From: Thraustochytrium aureum
Lineage: Eukaryota
Direction: 5' to 3'
Assembly: GCA_012862495.1 (NCBI GenBank)
Contig: BLSG01000178.1
Location: 40,112 to 73,892 of the forward strand
Length of the DNA: 33,781 bases
In this document: in pieces, positions 19,411-29,912 of the stretch
How positions within the stretch are numbered: position 1 is the stretch's first letter
Layout of the letters: every line of letters begins with the position of its first letter
Position numbers and translations under genes: made by a program
The notes under the pieces: model-generated
Told to the model about the DNA's origin: nothing
The model's database searches: none
The model's input: the letters and a program-made list of their open reading frames with translations, nothing else

Positions 19411-20848
19411 TCAGGCAGCGTCAGTTTTCGCTCGCTTAGCGGCAGGCGGCGTATCGGAAGCGTCAGGGTGCTCCTTATCCTGCGACTTCAACAGGCAGTC
19501 TGTAATCTTGAACGCCATCTCGAGGCTCTGAGCGTAGTTCAGGCGAGGATCGCAGAGCGTGTCGTAGCGCAGCGGGAGGTCAGCCTCGCACAGGCCTTCT
19601 GGGCCGCCCGTGCACTCGGTAACATTGTCACCAGTAAGCTCAAAATGCACGCCAGAAAGGTGAGCGCCGTTCGCGGCGAGCACGCTGATGACGCTATCGA
19701 CCTCACTCAAGATGGCGTCAAAGTTGCGCGTCTTGTGGCCCGACACAGCGGTTGTCGTGTTGCCGTGGCAGGGGTCGCAAACCCAGAGAACCGGCAAGCC
19801 CGCCTCCTGCACGGCTTTCAGCAGCGGCGGAAGCATCTTTTCTACGTTCCCGGCGCCAAAGCGCGAGATGAGAGTGATCTTGCCGGGCTCCGCAGCAGGG
19901 TCTGGCCACAGGCGGCGCACGAGCGCCACGAGCTCGTCGGGCTTGCTTGACGGGCCCACCTTGACGCCGATCGGGTTGGCGATGCCGCGCATGTATTCGA
20001 CGTGCGCGTGGTCGAGCTGGCGCGTGCGGTCCCCGATCCACAGAAAGTGCGCCCCTGCGTTGTAGTATTTGCCGTTAGGGGCGCGAACGGTCATGGCCGA
20101 CTCGTACGCGAGGTGCAATGCCTCGTGCGACGTAAACATGTCGACAGACTTGAGCACCGGGTCCAGCTTGACGCCGCAAGTCTCGATAAAGTTCATCGCC
20201 GAAACAATTCGCTTCGAGATGCGCTCGTACTCGTCGCGGCGGTGCTGGTTTTTGACAAAGTCCATGCTCCAGGCATCGGCATGCCGCAGGTCGGCTAGCC
20301 CCTCCGCGATCACGACACGCATGTAGTTTATCGTGGCGGCGCTGTGAAAGTAGCCCTCCACCAAACGCTGCGGGTCAGGCTGGACGGGACGCAGTCTCAA
20401 ACTTGAACCCGTTGACGTTGTCGCCGCGGTAGGAGGGCAGGGCGACGCCGTCCAGGGTCTCTGTGTCGCTGGACCTCGGCTTGGCAAACTGGCCGGCCAT
20501 GCGGCCGATGCGCACCGTCGGCATCCGCGCTCCGTAAGTGAGCACGAGCGACTGCTGCAAGAGAATCTTGATCTTGTTCTCGATCGTTTTCGCCGAGCAC
20601 TCGGAAAACTGCTCCGCGCAGTCCCCGCCCTGTAGCAGAAACCGCTTGCCCTGCGCGCACTCGGCCAGGTTGCGCCGCAGCGTCTCCACCTCGTGCACAG
20701 CGACGAGCGGCGGCAAGGCCTTGACTTTGTCGAGCGCCGCCTGGAGCGCCTTCTCGTCGGCATACTTTGGCTGCTGCATGCACGGGAGCGCCTTCCAGGA
20801 CTCTGGGCTCCACCCGTCCGCCCCGCCGCCATTCGCCGTGTCCCCCAT
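19411..20848 (-). CDS. aroG: Class II DAHP synthase (3-deoxy-7-phosphoheptulonate synthase); one apparent +1 indel at ~20382
   Basis: WSPESWK...QQPKY, FLLQGGDCAE, GRMAGQFAKPRS and LPSYRGDNVNG lie in ORF 20375-20848. One extra C then gives QPDPQRL...SAATIN, FTSHEAL, HFLWIGDRTRQLDHAHVEY, NPIGVKVGP, CDPCHGNT, GVHFELTGDNVTEC and CDPRLN in ORF 19411-20997. Confidence 0.96.
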
Positions 20849-21506
20849 GCTCGCCGCTGCCCCGCGACCGAGCGAGCGCCGTTCACGCCGCGTTGACCCT
20901 CTTTTGAGGTTTGCGGTTTGTGGCCGTCACGGTCGCGCCAAGCGCGAGCCAAACGCAGGAGCAAGGAGACCAGCGGCAACAGCGCGGTCTGTCCCAATCA
21001 CAGCTCGCTGCGCTCCGGGCCGCCGTCGCGATCAGCAAGCAGCAGCGCGAGGAGTTGGCCGCTGTGGCGGCACTTCCTACGTCGCTCAACAGCATCTGTC
21101 CGTCATCCACAGATTTCACAGCAAAAAAGAAAGAAGGAGAACGGTCCTCTTAACCTGTCCGACGCCATGAGCATACCTAGGTGCAATTACGGAATGAGTT
21201 GATGTCGATGGTGTCGCGAGCTGCCTCTGCGCTGCTGGCGGCCGCCAGGACGGCGCAGGCCGGCTGCGGCGGGGGTTAGGTCGGGGTCGGGCTCAAGGTA
21301 TCTATCTCTCTTGATGCGCCCCCACCCCCGGTGGTTTCGCAAAGCTGAGAAGTGCCCCGCGCAAAAAGGGTCGCGAGGCGCGACCGCCACAACTAAATGG
21401 CACTGCCGGAACCCCTTAGGAAGGCGGCCCCAACTAGGGCGCCTCACTGCGCCACTGGGGCTGCACACGCTAGAGGGGGCCCAGACAAGCGCCATGGGAG
21501 CAAAAG

Positions 21507-22265
21507 CTAGAACACAATTTTCAGGTTGCCGTGCGCGTCAATGGAGACCTGCACGTTCGCCCCAAACACGTTGGTTGCCTCGACGCGGAAGCCCGGGAGG
21601 TGCGCGTCCGCCACAAAGGCTTGGCCGAAGAGCTTGTGGTCGTAGGCCCTGCGCAGGTTGTCGTCTGACAGCGTCTCGTACGCTTCGTTGAGCAGCATGA
21701 TGCGCTCGTGCGCCACGTCCCTGTTCGCGCTACGGTCTGGGTGCTCTTGGAGCGACAACCGCCTGTACATTTGCTTCACCTCGCGGGCTGTCGCTGTGCG
21801 TCCCAGGCCCATCCGCGTGTAATAGTCGTTGTCCGGGAGCCAGCGAAAGGTTTCGACCTGGTCGCCGAGCGCAGCCCCGATGGCTTGCTTGACCTCGGGT
21901 GAACAATAGCAACTCGGCAAGAGCCGGGCAAGGTTTGCGCAGTGAAACTTGACGAGCGAGGCGAGGAAGTCGTTCCTTAGCCAGGCCGCAGCGCCGTCCT
22001 CCCTTGCCGGGCGCGCGGAGGTCTGCTCGAAGGACAGCGCGCGTCGGGCGTCGCTGCGAAGCAGTTGGGCGCCGAGGGAGCACTCCTGGCCCTCGTCCTC
22101 CCACTGCACGCGGCCAAACCCGCAGAGCGCGGGGTCCTCCAGCACCGTCTCCTTTTTGCGGCACAAGAGGTCCGTCCCTGCGCAAATGTGCTGCTCAATC
22201 ATCCCGCACGCGACCTCGTCCAGCCCGTTCGCCTCGCAGTACGCCTTGACCACCAAGATCGGCTC
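21507..22265 (-). CDS. J-domain (DnaJ type III) protein with the J domain near the C-terminus; 5' end in a gap
   Basis: DYYTRMGLGRTATAREVKQMYRRLSLQEHPDR...LLNEAYETLSDDNLRRAYD with an intact HPD; TAG at 21507-21509. Confidence 0.88.
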   Translation of the reverse strand, partial: EPILVVKAYCEANGLDEVACGMIEQHICAGTDLLCRKKETVLEDPALCGFGRVQWEDEGQECSLGAQLLRSDARRALSFEQTSARPAREDGAAAWLRNDFLASLVKFHCANLARLLPSCYCSPEVKQAIGAALGDQVETFRWLPDNDYYTRMGLGRTATAREVKQMYRRLSLQEHPDRSANRDVAHERIMLLNEAYETLSDDNLRRAYDHKLFGQAFVADAHLPGFRVEATNVFGANVQVSIDAHGNLKIVF

Positions 22266-22683
22266 NNNNNNNNNNNNNNNNNNNNNNNNNNNNNNNNNNN
22301 NNNNNNNNNNNNNNNNNNNNNNNNNNNNNNNNNNNNNNNNNNNNNNNNNNNNNNNNNNNNNNNNNNNNNNNNNNNNNNNNNNNNNNNNNNNNNNNNNNNN
22401 NNNNNNNNNNNNNNNNNNNNNNNNNNNNNNNNNNNNNNNNNNNNNNNNNNNNNNNNNNNNNNNNNNNNNNNNNNNNNNNNNNNNNNNNNNNNNNNNNNNN
22501 NNNNNNNNNNNNNNNNNNNNNNNNNNNNNNNNNNNNNNNNNNNNNNNNNNNNNNNNNNNNNNNNNNNNNNNNNNNNNNNNNNNNNNNNNNNNNNNNNNNN
22601 NNNNNNNNNNNNNNNNNNNNNNNNNNNNNNNNNNNNNNNGCTGTGGCGGCCAACCTGGTGCTCGGAGTTCATGTGGGACGCGT

Positions 22684-22770
22684 ACATGTGCGGTTGGTTG
22701 GGTTGGTTTGATTGCGTATGTGCGTACCGGTATGTATGTGCGTATGTGCGTAGAGTATGCATGTATGTAC
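22684..22770. repeat. Degenerate (GGTT)n and (TATG/TGCG)n microsatellite tract
   Basis: ggttggttgggttggtttg...gtatgtgcgtaccggtatgtatgtgcgtatgtgcg...gtatgcatgtatgtac. Confidence 0.7.
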
Positions 22771-22801
22771 AGGTGTTGCGGGCGTCGGGCTCGCTGGCTG
22801 C

Positions 22802-23528
22802 CTACCAAATGCGTTGTGCCACGCGGAGGCGGGTGAGCTGCTCTGCGGAAAGGCCGACGAAACGGCCCGAGTCGAGCAGGATGGCGATTTGACGCGCCAT
22901 GGCGGTCTTGTCGCGGCGCACCCAGCGGTCGTACTTTAGCATGCGTTTGAGCTGCTTGTCGATGGCGCGACGAGGCCTGTTGACGCCGCAGAAGAAGGCG
23001 ATGTCGCCGATGACTTTGAGGTCCTCTGACACAAAGCGGTGCGCGACCTGGAGCAGCATGCTAATCTCGCTTGGCTGCCACCGCCCTTCCTCAAAGGTGG
23101 ACGAGGCCTCCGGCATGGTGCGCCGCCGCTTGGCTTCCTGACCTGGGTTCGGCCCAGGGGCGTCCCCAAAGAGCTCGGGCTCCATAGCGACGTCGTCGAA
23201 TGAATCGACAGAGCGCTTGCGCTCCGCTTTGGGTTCGATCTTGAGGCCCACCTGGAGCATCGGCGCTGTCTCCGGGCTTTGTGCCCCTTTGGGCTCTGCG
23301 CCGTGCTGGGCGCGCCCTGTCGCGAATCCTTCGACTTGCGAGGCGTCGTCGTCGCAACTTGCGCTTGGCGCCTCAGGAATCATCAAGTTGCCCGGCAGGG
23401 AATTGGCGATGTCGAAAGTGTAGTGGATCCATTCGATGTCGTCGACAGCGAGGTTGGCCAGTGCGCCGAGCGCGGACTCGTAGGATGGGTGCCCAAAGGG
23501 CGCTGGTGGTGCGACGCTGGCCGCCATG
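22802..23528 (-). CDS. Hypothetical nuclear protein with a C-terminal Myb/SANT-like helix-turn-helix
   Basis: Intact ORF from ATG 23528 with a basic NLS-like AKRRRT, then GRWQPSEISMLL...VNRPRRAIDKQLKRM, matching the W-x3-E-x3-L ... R-x3-I pattern of Myb/SANT repeats. Confidence 0.55.
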
Positions 23529-25033
23529 CGGCCCTCGCTTGCCAGCGCTTGGGCGTCGTCGCCCACCCTCGCAGCAGCTTCTGCTGCGCTGTCAATTGTT
23601 GGTGTAGGTAGTTGTCGAGCAGCTGGCGCCTGCGGAAAAGGGAGAATCGGGGCTCGGCAGCCGCGTCGTCCAGGTCGTTGTGGGACTGCCGCTGTGCACC
23701 TGCAGGGCTCCCGGTTTGCGAGTTGGTTTTCTCAAGTGGCGCCAGAAACGCCACCCCACTCTGGCGCCGGCTAGGGAGATCCTTCCCGCCCTGCTGCGCT
23801 CGCTGTTGAAAGTGTGCCAGTAGCCGGGTCGGAGTGGAATTTTTGCGCAGTGCCCGACTCGGACACCGCTTCTTCTGCAATGAGGTGGGAATGTGATGCT
23901 GAATGCTGCTCCTCCGTGCATCATGCTCCGTCTTCGATGAATGTCTGAGCGGATGGATCTCCCGCGACAGGTCTTCCACCGTCATCTCAGGACTCGGGAG
24001 CCCTTCCACCACCACAGGCGAGCGGATAAACCGGAGATCAGTAGTGCTTGCTCTACTCACCTTACTCTATTCCACCTCCTCGCCGACGCGCGATGCGCCA
24101 AGCGAGCGCGCAAGGCGTTGCAACGAATTCGCCCGGTCTGGAGGACCTGTCATGAAGGACGATTGGGGCCTGTCCTCTGGCGAATGCGGCTCTTGAAGGG
24201 CCAAACGATCTTCGCGCCTCGCAAGAGTGATCGTACTCGGGCACAAGTGCTCTGTGGCAAACCATGCATTCATGTGCAGTGCAGGAGAACCCCGTCGCGC
24301 TGGTTCGACGAGCAGCCGCAGTGGCCAGTGCGACGCTTCCCGCAATTCCTGCTCTGTGCTTCTTGCCGGCAACCTGTTCAGCTCACTCGAACTCTATTGC
24401 ATTGCTTTGCGGCGCCTTTTTCGGCTAGACATGTGGGTAGAGTTTCGCCGAACGGGCCTGGGCCTCCATGGCTAGCGGGAACGCGGGGTAACCAAGTCGA
24501 GCGGCAGGTTCGCACAGTGCCCTCGCGCGGGCAGCTAGAGCACAAAGGCATCGATCGATGGGACATGGTTGGCCGATCAGTTTGTGATTAGAATTCAGTT
24601 CGAGCTTGACAGCGAGGCGCTTGCCTCAAACCGGATTCAGCGCCTCCATCTGCATGACGGTGATTGCAAAAGCACCCCGCCTGTGAATTTGCCAGACGCA
24701 CCATGTCCTCACAATGTCCCGTCGATCGGGCAGCTTTCCGAATGAAGGTCCAGCTTCAGAGCGCGTGGAGCATCGTCTGCGGTGGTGCGAGCAGCTAGCG
24801 TGGGTTCAAGCCGCCCACTTTTCGTCGATATTCTCACCAGTGCCGTTCGCAGACTTCAGTAAGAACTCTAGCCCTCGCCGAACTCGGTTGTTCGCATTTC
24901 CTCCGTCGCCATTCAGCAGAGCCAAGCCCCCCAACGCCGCGCAAAACGAGTTGGTGCTCCGCACTGGCCAAGTCCAGCTGGGGTAAAAGAGGGCTGGCTG
25001 GCTGCCTTGGCGTGCCTATCCACTCCGCAAGCC

Positions 25034-25984
25034 CTACTCGAGCGACCCAGCAGCCGCTGCAAGCGGCACGAAGCGAGCCATTCCTCGACCCGCCGCAATG
25101 CCGAAGAGCTCCTCAGCGAACGCGACCAAGTGGGCTTGATAGAGCGGGCTTCCCAGTCCGGGACCCGGGCACGCGGGGCACTTTGCATTTACCTCGAGCA
25201 GCCACGGACGCCCCTCGCGGTCAATCATGATGTCCAGCGCCGCGAGTCCGTAAATGTCTGACGCAGTCGAGGGCCCCACGCCACGGACACCCGCGTCCGG
25301 CGGTTGGCGGCACAGGAGCTGGCCGAGCGCTGAGGGGCCAAACATGTCCTTGACGAGCGACAACACTCTCTTCACTTCCACCTGAGGTACCTCGCTCGCG
25401 ACGAGGCGCTCGGTGCTACTCCCACCAGCCCCGTTTGTGATGTGCGCTGACCTGTCGCTGTGGTCGTCTGGGACGTACTGCGATGAGGCGACCCTAATCT
25501 CAACCTCCGGGTAGACGTAAACGTCACCGAGCCAGGCGCCCTCGCCCCACTCGTGAACCAATACGTAGACGCGGGCGTGAAACTTGCGCCCCCCGCGAAC
25601 GAGCTGCGAGGGCACGTAGCGCTGCACCACCCACCCAGGTAGCCGGCCCTTTCGGCTCAGGATGGACTCGAGAAAACCGCGCTCGCGCCGCGCCGCCTCG
25701 GCGTCCCTGGACACCGTCGCAAGCACCTTGGCTTTGTCCTTGGCCTTGATAAACTCGATGCCCTCCCCCTGGCACCCGAAAGGGGGCTTGAGCACCATCA
25801 AGTCATCCGGAGTCTCGAACGGCGGCATCTCAAAGTCGGCTTCCCCTTGCACGTCCCACGGAATGACGCTGCTCGCAGGAATCCACTGCGTCGCCCCGAG
25901 CCGCCGCGCAGCATGCACGAGCGCATCCTTGTCACCAAGCTCGTCGAATGCCTGCCCAGCAAACCACGTCGACCTCTCCAGCCC
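25034..25984 (-). CDS. Tubulin-tyrosine ligase family (TTL/TTLL, ATP-grasp) protein; 5' end in a gap
   Basis: LGDKDAL, WIPAS, VLKPPFGCQGEGI, WVVQRYV...GRKFHARVYVLV, AHITN, LDIMIDREGRPWLLEVN; TAG at 25034-25036. Confidence 0.9.
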   Translation of the reverse strand, partial: GLERSTWFAGQAFDELGDKDALVHAARRLGATQWIPASSVIPWDVQGEADFEMPPFETPDDLMVLKPPFGCQGEGIEFIKAKDKAKVLATVSRDAEAARRERGFLESILSRKGRLPGWVVQRYVPSQLVRGGRKFHARVYVLVHEWGEGAWLGDVYVYPEVEIRVASSQYVPDDHSDRSAHITNGAGGSSTERLVASEVPQVEVKRVLSLVKDMFGPSALGQLLCRQPPDAGVRGVGPSTASDIYGLAALDIMIDREGRPWLLEVNAKCPACPGPGLGSPLYQAHLVAFAEELFGIAAGRGMARFVPLAAAAGSLE

Positions 25985-26169
25985 NNNNNNNNNNNNNNNN
26001 NNNNNNNNNNNNNNNNNNNNNNNNNNNNNNNNNNNNNNNNNNNNNNNNNNNNNNNNNNNNNNNNNNNNNNNNNNNNNNNNNNNNNNNNNNNNNNNNNNNN
26101 NNNNNNNNNNNNNNNNNNNNNNNNNNNNNNNNNNNNNNNNNNNNNNNNNNNNNNNNNNNNNNNNNNNNN

Positions 26170-27630
26170 CAAGGGGCTGAACGACAGGTTGGCCTCCAGT
26201 TGCCGTCGAGGACGCTGCGCTCCAGGCGGCGCTGCGCGAGATGGAGCTCGAGGAGGCCCCGGTGATACCGGTGCCGAGCCAGTCGCGCGAGAGCGTGCCG
26301 GACGACCCGTTCGCGCCGATGGCACTGCTGCAAAAGCACCTTGGCAAGGTTGTGGTTATGGACGTGCAAGCCGCTGACGGGGCCGTGCGCAGCGTCTGGG
26401 TGAACGACCGCGACGTCGCGCGCAGCATGTTGGAGGACACCGACGGGGTCTGGCTCAAGGGCCCCCAGACGGCCGAGCCCTTCTCCTCCATTGTGGAGCT
26501 GCACATGATCGCTGTGGAGGGCGAGCAGCACCGACGACTCAGGCGGGCCGCCAAGCAGCCCTAACGACCAAGTCCGCGAACGCGCGGTGGAGATCTCTCT
26601 GCGTCACGCCCGTCGCCTTGCGCAAGCGCTCGCGAACGGGCAGGGCCCGAGGGCCAGCTCGTCGTCGAGGACCTCGACCGCCGCCTACGGAGCGCCGCGC
26701 TCGACATCATCTCCGAGATGGTGTTTGGCGAGCCGTGGGGCGCCATCGACGACTACTCGGAGTCCAACGCGAAGGCACACGCCGTTGTCGCAACTCATGC
26801 ACGTGCTGCACTGGCGGGTCACGGACGTCTCTGAGCGCGCGTGGCGCTCTCTGCCGAGCGGGGAAGGCGAGGCGGCTCGGTGGCGCAGCATCCTGCTCCC
26901 CTTCATCCGCGACCAAGTTGCCAGCCGGAGGGCCATGCCGGAGGCGCAAGCTTGCGCGGACGCCACGATGCTTGGCGCTTGGATGCGCCATGAGGCTGCG
27001 CTCTCGGACGTCGAGCTGGAGAACCTCTGCCTGACCTTTTTGACGATGGGCCACGAAAACATCTCGACGGCCATTGCGTGGACGCTGCTCCTCTTGGCGC
27101 AAGACCGCGAGGCGCAAGCGCACGTGCGCGCCGAGGTCGTCGCGTCTGGGCTCCTCGATACCTCTGCACAAGACGTGTCTTGGGCGCAGCTCAACGGGTT
27201 GAAGGCGGCAGAGCAAGCGTTTGTGGAGGCCTCGCGCCTCTACCCCTCTGTGGCGGTGGTCACTCGCGTTGCGCGCATCGATACGACCTTGTGCGGGTAC
27301 CGCGTTCCTGCAGGGACGGAGGTGGTGCTGAGCCTCTACGCGCTCAACCGCGACGAGGAGGTGTGGGGCAAGGACGCCTCCAGGTTTGTCTGCCCGCACC
27401 GCGCCCACTCCGACAACGACTACTGGTCTTTCGGCGGCGGGGACCGCAAGTGCGTGGGCCGTCCGCTCTCCAACGTCGAGCAAAAGGCTCTGGTCGCCGC
27501 GCTGCTTGGCGCGTTCGAGCTGGAGTGCGATATGGAAGGCCCGGTGCTCGCGCGGAGCTTTGTTTCCTATCGGCCTGGCGCGCACCGCGTCCGGCTCAAA
27601 GCAGTGGCTCGCTCGGCTAGCCGCCTTTAA
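26170..27630 (+). CDS. Cytochrome P450 with a variant I-helix and C-terminal -SRL; about 3 indels between 26555 and 26790, start uncertain
   Basis: C-helix EGEQHRRLRR; ALDIISEMVFG in an alternate frame near 26700; I-helix FLTMGHENISTAIAW; K-helix EASRLYP; heme ligand FGGGDRKCVG (Cys codon at 27451); ends ARSASRL-TAA. Confidence 0.92.
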
Positions 27631-27729
27631 AGCGTTGTCGAGGCAGCTCACTCGCTGACACGCGCGCGCAAGCGCAACGTTTTTTATTCGATCCTTCAAC
27701 ATCTTTCTCTTGTCTTCGTAGTGCGAGCA

Positions 27730-29130
27730 TCAGGAAGCAAAGTCCAGCGCTTCTTGCGACGGCGGCTCGACAGCGCCGCCCGCCGAGGTTTCGCTGGGCG
27801 GCGCTGGAGCAGACGCTGGCGCTGGCACCGATTCGGCTTTCGGAGCAGCTTGCGCGTCGGCCGAGCTCGTATTCTCTGCGCCAGCGACGCCTTCGAAAGT
27901 CGCCTTGAGCGGCACAGTGACGCTGTAGACCCAGGAGGCAGTGTTGTCAAACGTCAACAGGAGGAAGCCAGAGTCGATCTCCTGGTCGTCGACCTCTTCC
28001 GCCGGGAAAGACACCTCCCAGGTCAGGCTCTCGCCCTCTCGCGGGACAGGCGTGAGCGCGAGCTCGACGAGCACTCCCTCGTCGCCGGCCTCGGGCCGCT
28101 TGCTCGTAACAAACGCAAGCGTAAAGGCGGGGACCTGAGCCTCCGGCGAGGGCGGCGAGAGCGTCAGGACTACCTTGCTTCGCGGCCCGGAGCGCTCGAG
28201 CCAGATCGGATAGTACTCCTTTTTGCCGGCTGGCACGACCACGTCTTTGGCGTACACGAGTGGAAGGTGGTCCTCCGCATCGCCCTTGTAGATGAATTCG
28301 TGGTTGGCAGCCGCCTTCATCTTTTCCAGGCGGTGGATCGCGCGCGCGTTGACGTACTTAAGGAGCTCGCGGTGGTAGTCGTGCTTGAGAAACATGACCT
28401 TCTCCTGCGTCTTCTTGCGGAGGACCACAGAGACGGTCTGCCACACGGCGTAAAAGGACATGGGCGTGCAGATGAAGATCGACTTGCGCGTCGACTCGGG
28501 AAAGTTGTGCGACCCAGTCTTCATAATCGCGCTCACGGTGCTCATGGCCCGCGCGTGCTTGAGGAGGTGCAAGCCAAACTTGCTCAGGTCGCGGACCTGG
28601 ACGGTGCGCACCAGCCGGCCTTCCTTCTCGCTCAGTGTGTCAGGAACCCGGGCCCGAGCCTCAAAAAACCCAATCTGGTGCTGCAGGATGCGCTCCGCGG
28701 TGACCTTTTCAAGAAGGAGCGAGGGGTCGAGCCTCCCGATCATCTCGAGGTGCACGAGGTCGCCTTTGTGACACTCGCCTGAGTGGTACCAGGGCCCGAA
28801 CTCGCCCACCTCGCGAACCTTTTCCCAGTGCGGGAAAGCGCTCTGACGGAGCTGATCGAGCTCTGGCATCAGATCTTTGCGCATCTGCTCCACCTCTGCG
28901 GTGCGCCTCCACTCGAGCATTTTGCGGTATGCCGCGGCCGCCGCGTTCAGGTCGTGGTCGTGAGCGTTGATGAACCGCGCAAGCCTCATGTCGCTCTGCA
29001 CGTCGTCCGGCAGCTCGTGGCCTGTGTTGGCAGCATAGGCCTCAATGTCCCGCTGCACGGCAGCTCGAAGTTCGGGGACCATGCCGAGCTCCACGATCTC
29101 GCTCAGCTGCTCTCCCGCCATAGCCGCCAT
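27730..29130 (-). CDS. Sec14-like CRAL-TRIO lipid-binding protein with a C-terminal GOLD-like domain
   Basis: CRAL-TRIO N-terminus DMRLARFINAHDHDLNAA..AYRKMLEWR; VQVRDLSKF; NFPE....IFICTP..F..VW..V..VL.KKTQEKV; GOLD-like VVVPAGKK...GFLLLTFDNTASWV. ATG at 29130, TGA at 27730-27732. Confidence 0.9.
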   Translation of the reverse strand: MAAMAGEQLSEIVELGMVPELRAAVQRDIEAYAANTGHELPDDVQSDMRLARFINAHDHDLNAAAAAYRKMLEWRRTAEVEQMRKDLMPELDQLRQSAFPHWEKVREVGEFGPWYHSGECHKGDLVHLEMIGRLDPSLLLEKVTAERILQHQIGFFEARARVPDTLSEKEGRLVRTVQVRDLSKFGLHLLKHARAMSTVSAIMKTGSHNFPESTRKSIFICTPMSFYAVWQTVSVVLRKKTQEKVMFLKHDYHRELLKYVNARAIHRLEKMKAAANHEFIYKGDAEDHLPLVYAKDVVVPAGKKEYYPIWLERSGPRSKVVLTLSPPSPEAQVPAFTLAFVTSKRPEAGDEGVLVELALTPVPREGESLTWEVSFPAEEVDDQEIDSGFLLLTFDNTASWVYSVTVPLKATFEGVAGAENTSSADAQAAPKAESVPAPASAPAPPSETSAGGAVEPPSQEALDFAS

Positions 29131-29889
29131 GTTCTGCCACCGCCGGAAGAAGTCTCGGCCTCGAGTCTCGGACGCGGCTTGCGGCTCTTGCTCGCGAGGT
29201 TGCGAGCAGGCTGCCGGAGAGGTGGGCCGGGCCGCGAGTTGGGTGCGCACTCCTCGCAGCCTCTTCCGTGGCAACGGAGCGGCCGAAGACCTGGCGCCTG
29301 ATCAATCCCTGGGCGCGCCCTGCGCCGTGCCGCGCCCGCTCTTGCCCCTTCCGCTGCCGCTGCTGCTCGTGGTCCCCGGGCCAGCACGAACAGCACCACG
29401 TAGCCGAGCGCGACGGTGTACTGCTTCAGGCCGTTTGCCATGATGATGATCGAGTGGACTCACAGCCCGTGGACGTCGATGATGACCGAGATGAAGGAGG
29501 TAGGTACCTTCCCCAAGGCGCAGCCGCCGGCCGTCGCGGGAGCTGCAGCAGGTCTGACGACGGCTGCTCCTGCTGCTGCTGCAACTCTGCTGCGAGAGCG
29601 TTGTTGTTCCCGAGCGCATTTCGCTGTTCTTGATTGAGCGCAACGTGTTGGCGGCCAGTCGTGGCGACCGAGCTTGGCAGTCATCGGAAGGCCATCCTTC
29701 CCTTCGTCAGGCTCTTCGCCGTCTTCTGACTTTTGCTCGAGATTCCCGCTGGATCCCACGGGGCTGGCCTGGTGTCTCCTCAACACGCGGCTTCTGTCGC
29801 GCGCAGAGGTGCCCGCCCCGCTTCAGGCAGCTCCGTCAACCCATGATCGATCAGCGGCCGGCATGTCAGATCGATACATAGGCTCGCCT

Positions 29890-29912
29890 GATTCATTCAT
29901 TCATTCATTCAT
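29890..29912. repeat. (ATTC)n microsatellite
   Basis: gattcattcattcattcattcat. Confidence 0.9.

Noticed and set aside
20375..20400. Tiny intron or split gene explaining the DAHP synthase frame break
   Set aside because: The family alignment (NG..F...R.PDP.R) is restored by deleting exactly one base, and no GT-AG intron is needed or evident.
21271..21291. gggggttaggtcggggtcggg as a telomeric or G-quadruplex element
   Set aside because: It has a single GGGTTAGG and irregular G-runs, which is unremarkable in high-GC DNA.
19411..27630. Secondary-metabolite gene cluster (DAHP synthase + ATP-grasp + P450 + oxidase)
   Set aside because: There is no backbone synthase. The ATP-grasp is TTL-type and the genes are interleaved with housekeeping functions (J-domain, Myb-like, Sec14, Tctex-1), so there is no positive evidence for a cluster.
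29460..29462. Genome-wide TGA reassignment suggested by one in-frame TGA
   Set aside because: TGA is the terminator at the natural ends of the epoxide hydrolase, DAHP synthase, Sec14 and Tctex-1 genes.
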